This document shows positions 26,401-28,094 of a stretch of 28,094 nt of DNA, in pieces. The first letter of the stretch is position 1. Each line of letters opens with the position of its first letter. Under the pieces are notes generated by a model that was not told the DNA's origin, ran no database searches, and saw only the letters and a list, made by a program, of their open reading frames with translations. The stretch spans positions 1 through 28,094 of the forward strand of contig JAGVOD010000108.1 in NCBI GenBank assembly GCA_020052935.1. Reading direction: 5' to 3'. The translations under genes were made by a program, and so were the position numbers. This DNA is from an archaeon (GTDB lineage Archaea > Nanobdellota > Nanobdellia > Woesearchaeales > UBA11576).

Positions 26401-26694
26401 GCCCTCGTGCCAAAGGCAGGAATCAAAGCGCCATTCCAAAAAATATCTCCGCTGAAAGTGCTGCGCGTCCAGCCAAGGACAATAATAACCGAAAGGAAAC
26501 CAGTCATCAAGCCTGTCACGAATCCAATCATGCCGAAAGCAGCGGCAAAGCCTGTGCAGCCTGCAGCAAGGCCCAAGATCGATGCGAAAATCGATGCTAA
26601 GAAAGATCCGCTCAAGGCAAGGTTCAGGACAGACGACCCGCTCAAGATAGCAGATATGATACTCAAGAGAAGCCAAAAGAGGCCGAGAAGATGA
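14401..26694 (+). CDS. Giant (4097 aa) doubly membrane-anchored, sequon-rich surface protein / putative adhesin
   Basis: Single 12.3-kb ORF. An N-terminal TM helix (PALAIAVVLLTIGLLVF, nt 14551-14607) follows a charged 50-aa N-terminus. Two LamG/ConA-like modules carry DYSGNSNxG..W....GRDGKGAYTF.G ... NGTIDEV.(I/V)YN.AL. FN3-like modules carry W.W.NP.D.DF....(I/V)Y(L/V)NGTN.ANTS.N.YNATGL...T.Y......D..GN. Ig-like modules carry WTDN...V..V.(L/F)EF.G.NYT. A run of Cys-rich modules, a Gly14 run, three C-terminal TM helices (about nt 25660-25945) and a 250-aa K/P/A/T-rich tail complete the protein. N-x-S/T sequons are extremely dense; for example, 6 occur in the roughly 70 residues WVYWNWT...NVSDNAATQ. 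Confidence 0.9.
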   Translation: MLRDDTIKEKEVAIDSSSAATSTLDRLNKEIRSVAKKEENKLIDMLKITGPALAIAVVLLTIGLLVFKAGITGQIIGGGEYTTYVQSINANITESQEKTWVLDAHPEAFNLRSVKISGQMKGEGIAKAYLIGSNGLKYKILDETKIQAEGLAKITGSAVNVPDTATPPEDSAGRWIKTLLNYQSGTRWDTDNNGIAYTEDGVVDLSVALTEFNWQADESKLCTKWVVSSQDSGKDTTVCNGAADCCGLVGVAPEEAAWDEPLYIFNGKYSATENNIVRAQVIFLNQSIGEETYLESTTGTAAEKTVKFIAKPVIDFEEVCIDTCALPDGLSSTEYTLEFEIGEGVEIYIENMTYSLEELAALPENTTATEEANVTETANITTSDAEGANVSYEKVKTDTKYDAIVDETLYDNSTDTLIVVFHHDSAIPLPISVKGNVEYTLDRQESRAGENVTLTVTNWSDNRFRIVVGAHTEVLEFGEARKVKIHPEIKNSRGDSQRAKVRFVDNILDETVKETTENVTETTIDEGEYDLEMTLENMSVKTIRINSAQMYENSTDFLKVEDVEINKISGIDAVKSYAIDPTAINFTNATVTATATGTALYKCKEWNFTLQQCNGTWTFLQSITPGQEYTFTLTPEDLGFAEGSPSAGTPDYGWIYDVNGYNEESGSYANTQADDTAYYAAGEISAGESLDSYINLEYNITQLNISPSQITRLQFNITYCHDGSNWAPAACDGDAAEGTVSGAQNVEIYNWTSGAWTDIGDLRTTDGGFTITDNYNVTSGFSNYVNSTNWIRIRYEADYDDGASQDSWLVIDYAPLTVTYTNSSNSVPTQGTPILNSTTGANTTNENLTCYNQSTYDPNGDSVKNIFNWYKNSTAIAVLNMPFDGGSNSTYTKDYSGNSNNGAVTGATWSSTSGRDGKGAYTFDGVNDYVSIPSAASLNPTSITVSAWVKTNSLPSTYPRIFSKETTTTANPYSMFIRQSDSVLRFCIGDGSTEECAGTYITSTGTWQHIVGTYDGSTIRTYVNGNLDDTRASTIGILSRTTNLLIGNNPTNARQFNGTIDEVNIYNRALSAAQILTLYQNRTDRIVSNETTTGDVWKCAVTPNDGTVDGTTLESNTLTIVNTSSGGNTTTTANVTSTVSQSSDDAEEKTGTGVMDLASTDLELTMEASAQEIGMRFQNINLPRSATITNAHIEFEIDEYYTDATNLNIYGQASDNAATFSSTGYDITSRTKTAASVAWSSVSAPAVDAKLSTPNISAIIQEITSRAGWTANSSLVIIINGTGKRTVESYDGEPTAAPKLRINYTAASNTAPTQGTPLLISTYGTNYTTENLTCYNQSTYDADGDPVKSIFNWYKNSTAIAVLNMPFEGGSNATYTKDYSGNSNHGTVSVATWSSTSGRDGKGAYTFNGSAYIDAGTSSTLLVGTRFTQEAWIYLTITDDEYHGFLGYQPASTEQRPPSIWVYQRTKIHAGFGNGTTWDGFITGDIITNNAWNHVVVTFDGTNYTVYVNGTSRYSTTSHAGRVPYATHIRNIGRVDNYFNGTIDEVRVYNTALNASQVYSLYSYGAARMTSSQLTTGDVWKCAVTPNDGTVDGTTLESNTLTIRAAADTTSPGTISSLTERSTGTTWVYWNWTNPTDSDFASAIVYLNGTNLANTSSNYYNATGLASSTTYQLTVRTKDTTGNVNTTNVSDNAATQDGTAPQYSNINDQNNTAYSTSGSYQFNCTWTDNVALNQVRLEFAGTNYTPSSSGDEYYHSISGLAAGNYTYKWHANDFVGNANQTSTRTFTINKAGVALTLTASPAWNNTYGTQTSVNCTANTSVTTQLYRNGTQTSKPDTQTLAASAYLYLCNFTDTQNHTGTAQNSTLTINKASSSVTLLLNSTAGNMNTTMPATINITGTKTSGDSVAIYLYRNGTPINSGFSPLTNVSLYSTAAYYNITAIYPESQNYTSSSDTHWLTISDTTSPSSISNLGESGAGANWIRWTWTNPSDADFSQGIIYLNGTNMANTSNNNYNATGLSGYTSYRLTVHTKDTTGNVNNTDVSDNAMTLDTLLPQYSNIQDQNNTVYTSGGTYQFNATWTDNVAVNEVKFEFNGVNYTNPSANGNEYYISMSNLAAGSYTYRWHANDFLGNSNSTPTRTFVVAKGTATLSLSATPGWSTTYGMQTTVNCSGNAATQLYRNGTLVSIPDTQTLAAVSHQYICNASETTNYSATSTNNTLTISKAASSLELLLNGTDSDIIIEKLSNANITGTKTTGDNVAIYLYRNGTLINSGISPLTNTSQYSSVAAYNITVTYTESQNYTASSHTHTISVNDTTPPGTVSGIAESSAGTSWITWNWTNPAESDFSQVIIYVNGTNVANTSNNYYNATGLNTYTTYEITINTKDTYGNVNTNNVADTATTLDNTPPTYSGLNDENGTTYVPIKDYQFNATWTDNVAVDEVKFEFDGVNYTNPSVTGDEYYISLSNLAAGSHTYKWHASDTAGNWNNTGTISFTIEKAATALNITAIPGWTTTYGTQTTVACYADNNEVVEQLYRNATSVTAPDTQTLAGGSYNYTCSAAATQNYSSAETSDTLTVQKATPEITLVLNGSEENITIEVGSYVNETGLHDHTCLLEMYESAILVKSGSSPLTQLTQYNTLGTYNVTLRHPETQNYTSIEETLWVTVQDTTAPTVSLIAPADNATIGGSTQTFMFNFTDNHHSTADCTLYINDTPSGTNSSASAGTTISITNSTLAEGENNLYVNCSDGSGNTGQSGTRTLNVDRTPPDIEELIPEQGDIVGYVTLIDIHSADSLAGVHITRYEIRNSSGNVITSGSNTTDDLHENWNTTTSPDGNYTMTAYVNDTVGNTANASTEFTVSNTLPYIQVLEPEYDNEKFNSDFNLDIWCQDNNIDTSMYNVTDNVGGVVQSGLDASANMTSHHFTDLVNVSSIIDGNYTINVYANDTTGYVTTKTRTFIIDKTAPSYSAIGEPADPSTYSPSASYNFSINWTDNRSVSSVVLEFNGTNYTSITQSGNKYSKALSSLAGGIYNYRWHARDEVGNWNSTALLNFTINPATASCVLAFDKSSPQTYGTAIKANCSCSGESAWATLWRDHTNVDGTEDNLLVTLAAGSYAYECNRSTSNNYTSASDSGTFVINKALTLLNMTAIPGWSGATYGTETIVSCSANNNEVVEQIYRQGTVVSIPDTQTLAAGNHIYTCEAADTQNYTGESSGETLTIGKANSSLTLTLNGTANNLTIERMTAADITATRIIGTGYVELYRNGTLLGSGTSVTDVSTYNTATMYNITATYNATQNHSSSRSTLWLTVSDTIPPGPISNLLLLNKGQNYLYWVWTNPTDADFHHTNVYLDGVFKTSTSAEYYYATGLNHSTNYTLSLRTVDASGTLGSWVNDTQMTQYNCTESWATLYTTCRSNDTRTKYYNDTTGCGTTHFLPADNGTITTCDYIISTKFNGSTTNFTRDSLIDLSGVVLDITSYGKIEFLESITIARSLDLDTYANIGPNHASISSTPLGEFNKSARITIYNVNFTVLRIMADGEECNSTVCTQMNYSNGTFVFNVTHFTNYSVEEGPYCGDSSCNGGETCNSCTADCGSCPLGGGGGGGGGGGGGGSAREEKKCEPNWLCYSWNPCVNYVQNRKCFDTNGCGTEEGMPELEKSCILGCAERWACGDWGKCTEAGVQTRTCNDLAKCGSESRKPLTVQPCEYDFCSDDKQNNGEQGIDCGGSCRDCTREELQEAEMKKNLLTGEAITVAPYEQPNPFYLMPLLLLLVVLIAVIALHKADISEKMKKVLTALHFLLIIGILVMLLLTFNIAQPTGAAVVEFVGESGASGIALTVLVSALLLGGMAYVAVSRGLVDLGDMEQYYSKSKYWIGYAVQKIEWSKKKKIRTNIEVETRYETPTTQPQAALKTPTLPSEKKTATAETAVATAVTTARPDGKRMTAAETIAPKEQMMFGSIMTEIKDLNLKIEELKKEVVSVAPARPESVKEKRQIEAKNAKDLMPKPALVPKAGIKAPFQKISPLKVLRVQPRTIITERKPVIKPVTNPIMPKAAAKPVQPAARPKIDAKIDAKKDPLKARFRTDDPLKIADMILKRSQKRPRR
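16873..17760 (+). repeat. LamG-containing segment, copy 1 (intragenic duplication)
   Basis: NSVPTQGTPILNST...NLTCYNQSTYDPNGDSVKNIFNWYKNSTAIAVLNMPFDGG...TTGDVWKCAVTPNDGTVDGTTLESNTLTI. The flanks are nearly identical at nucleotide level to copy 2, with a 50-nt stretch (atattcaactggtacaag...ctgaacatgcc) and a 48-nt stretch (gacgggactgtcgac...ctgacgata) both identical. Confidence 0.8.
18325..19209 (+). repeat. LamG-containing segment, copy 2 (intragenic duplication)
   Basis: NTAPTQGTPLLIST...NLTCYNQSTYDADGDPVKSIFNWYKNSTAIAVLNMPFEGG...TTGDVWKCAVTPNDGTVDGTTLESNTLTI. The central LamG core is strongly diverged from copy 1, while the flanks are conserved. Confidence 0.8.
19222..22395 (+). repeat. Three tandem modules of about 353 aa (FN3-like domain plus three Ig-like domains each)
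   Basis: Module starts are DTTSPGTISSL (19222), DTTSPSSISNL (20281) and DTTPPGTVSGI (21337), with the next boundary DTTAPTVSL at 22396. The periods are 1059, 1056 and 1059 nt. A degenerate fourth set follows at about 23269-24590. Confidence 0.8.
25177..25218 (+). repeat. Gly14 linker encoded by an imperfect GGN repeat
   Basis: gga ggc ggt gga gga ggc gga ggc ggt gga gga ggc gga ggc is in frame, lying between the CGDSSCNGGETCNSCTADCGSC module and the W.C..W..C modules. Confidence 0.85.
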
Positions 26695-26734
26695 GAATGG
26701 AAAATCATGCTCTTAAATGCCCTACAAAGAAACG

Positions 26735-26900
26735 GGCGTTGTTGAAAAGTTCGCTCTCCGAGCGGGTGCCGTCAGGCTACGCTCTCCGTGTTTCTCAACC
26801 ATATCGCGACATCCCCGTAGGGGGCAACCCCCTGTCGCGAGCGAAGATGATGCGAGAAATCGCTCCGCAAAAGGACGGCACCACCCTTTTCAACAACGCC
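26735..26900 (+). repeat. Structured intergenic element, copy 3 (166 nt, best-preserved)
   Basis: Three nested stems. The outer 15-bp perfect inverted repeat is ggcgttgttgaaaag (26735-26749) with cttttcaacaacgcc (26886-26900). The second stem is ggtgccgtc (26765-26773) with gacggcacc (26874-26882). The central stem is cgcgaca (26805-26811) with tgtcgcg (26833-26839), enclosing tccccgtagggggcaaccccc. Confidence 0.7.
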
Positions 26901-26948
26901 AAATGCACGAAAACATTTTTATACTATCACTCACTGGAGGTGTAGATA

Positions 26949-27623
26949 ATGATAGAACAGCAGACGAAGAACAGGTTCATGATGCTCGAAGCCATGCTGG
27001 CGATAGTCCTGCTGATATTCCTGGCGGCATTCGCGCTGGACAAATTCCTGCCGACGCCCACAGCAGCGATGATAGGAGGAGACACTCCGCAGATAGTCGG
27101 CTTCGTGCCGGTGGAGATAAAGAGCCAGCCCATAGACCTTGATGCGAAGACCTCGACAAGCTTCATAGTATTCTCAGAGAAAGAGGCAGAATTCGCCCTC
27201 ACATCGCTCAGGCTCAGCGGAGAAGTCATCGGCGAAGGAAGGGCAGAGATAGTGCTGGACAACGGCCTCGGCCAGGAACTCGCGATATACTCAAACATAA
27301 AGCAGAAAGAAGGCAACATGATAACAGGCATGTCAGTGTCTGACGAGCCCACGCAGCTGCCTGAGAACGCCAACATAGAGGATGTCCCGGCTGAGCAGGC
27401 CTGGTTCAAGATAACACCTTCAGAAAACCCGCTCGCAGAGACCCCGCGCAAAGAGGTCAGCGATGACAAGCGCACGATATCAGGCAAGTTCCAGTACGAA
27501 TGCGGAGAGGCCTGCTACATGAGCATGAAGATGAGGAAAGGGCTCTTCTACACGCTCAAGGTAAGGCTGGATGCAGGCACAGAAGTGAAGATAAACGAGC
27601 TCAAGTACACGCTCGAGGTGTAA
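26949..27623 (+). CDS. Membrane-anchored secreted protein with a domain paralogous to the N-terminal ectodomain of the giant protein
   Basis: An N-terminal hydrophobic anchor (FMMLEAMLAIVLLIFLAAFAL) is present. MIGG...LTSLRLSGEVIGEGRAEIVLDNGLG...EGNMITGMSV aligns with IIGG...LRSVKISGQMKGEGIAKAYLIGSNGL...EGLAKITGSAV of the giant protein. GGAGGTG at 26937-26943 precedes the ATG. Confidence 0.6.
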   Translation: MIEQQTKNRFMMLEAMLAIVLLIFLAAFALDKFLPTPTAAMIGGDTPQIVGFVPVEIKSQPIDLDAKTSTSFIVFSEKEAEFALTSLRLSGEVIGEGRAEIVLDNGLGQELAIYSNIKQKEGNMITGMSVSDEPTQLPENANIEDVPAEQAWFKITPSENPLAETPRKEVSDDKRTISGKFQYECGEACYMSMKMRKGLFYTLKVRLDAGTEVKINELKYTLEV

Positions 27624-27626
27624 AAC

Positions 27627-28094
27627 ATGAGGACAGAGAAGGAATACCTCGTAACTTTCATCGTCACGCTGGTAGCGGTGCTAGTGATAGTCGGCGGCTA
27701 CGCATCATTCAGCGGGCTCGCAACGTATGACGCGCCAATATCGATAGGACTCGCTAAAGACTCGTTCAGGCAGAGCGACGTGTTCGACGCAGACATCGTA
27801 TTGCGGCCAGTCACGTTCATGGCAGACGAGTCGCTGATGGTCTATGTGGACAACTCAGCAGTCGGAGTCGTCGCGATAAAGAAATACCTGGACGACAACA
27901 AGATAGAATACGGCACAGAGTACCAGAACGCCGGGCAGAACAACATAGAGGTGCTGAACCTCCGCGATCCGCTGCGGGTGAACCTGGCTGATTTCATAAA
28001 GCTGGAAGCTATGGTGCCTGGCACGACACACATCCTCAGAGTGGAATTCTCAAGAGGGGATGCGGTGGCTGAAGAAGTGTTCAAGATAGGATAG
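27627..28094 (+). CDS. Small membrane-anchored hypothetical protein
   Basis: An N-terminal TM helix (YLVTFIVTLVAVLVIVGGYASF) is present. GAGGTG precedes the ATG, which lies 3 nt after the upstream stop. The stop TAG is at 28092-28094. No recognisable family. Confidence 0.5.
   Translation: MRTEKEYLVTFIVTLVAVLVIVGGYASFSGLATYDAPISIGLAKDSFRQSDVFDADIVLRPVTFMADESLMVYVDNSAVGVVAIKKYLDDNKIEYGTEYQNAGQNNIEVLNLRDPLRVNLADFIKLEAMVPGTTHILRVEFSRGDAVAEEVFKIG

Noticed and set aside
26949-27050. Type IV pilin / archaellin-like class III signal peptide in the 224-aa protein: NR-FMMLEAMLAIVLL, with Glu at +5 from Phe.
   Set aside because: The -1 position is Arg rather than Gly or Ala, and no prepilin peptidase or pilus assembly genes are nearby. 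I treat it as a plain signal anchor; the resemblance is noted only.
1-28094. Search by eye for rRNA, tRNA, transposase, integrase or CRISPR/cas content.
   Set aside because: No cloverleaf-compatible segments, rRNA-like conserved blocks or recombinase motifs were recognised. The intergenic space is too small for them, apart from the repeat-filled spacers already described. A tRNAscan/Infernal run would be needed for certainty.

Overview
Gene-dense 28.1-kb window with overlapping or abutting gene junctions. It most likely comes from a small archaeal (DPANN-like) genome, but that call is an inference from sequence style only. The supporting signs are A/T-rich TTTAWA boxes about 25-35 nt upstream of several start codons, oligo-T runs after genes, a giant surface protein saturated with N-x-S/T sequons, and Cys-rich modules containing the C.D..QN.GE.G.DCGG.C motif. 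All protein calls rest on motifs read by eye from the translations; no search was run.

Gene content, left to right:
(1) The 3' end of a helical hypothetical gene.
(2) A 1245-aa orphan protein on the minus strand.
(3) A same-strand run encoding an alpha/beta hydrolase, a FabZ-like hotdog dehydratase, a FabH-like KAS III, a crotonase-type enoyl-CoA hydratase, a FabG-like SDR, an acyl-CoA carboxylase carboxyltransferase (PccB-like), BCCP and biotin carboxylase. The biotin carboxylase is split by a 1-nt frameshift in an A6 run. A convergent class-I BirA follows. No ACP, AcpS, FabD, FabF or enoyl reductase is visible.
(4) A SpoIIM/DUF95-like membrane protein.
(5) A 270-bp AT-rich region carrying an array of AACACACATTGTARGAA direct repeats. 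It is followed by a small protein with two tandem sigma70-region-4/LuxR-like HTH repeats, and the end of that gene overlaps the start of the next one.
(6) A 4097-aa giant surface protein with an N-terminal TM helix, two LamG modules, three tandem modules of about 353 aa, Cys-rich modules, a Gly14 run, three C-terminal TM helices and a K/P/A-rich tail.
(7) Two small membrane-anchored proteins. The first has a domain paralogous to the N-terminal ectodomain of the giant protein.

Non-coding highlight: three same-orientation copies of a 120-166 nt rod-like nested-hairpin element at about 9746, 12616 and 26735. Their stems differ in sequence but remain complementary, while the core motifs are conserved. 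Two further A5-stem-T5 hairpins lie nearby.

No rRNA, tRNA, CRISPR array, transposase or integrase was recognised.
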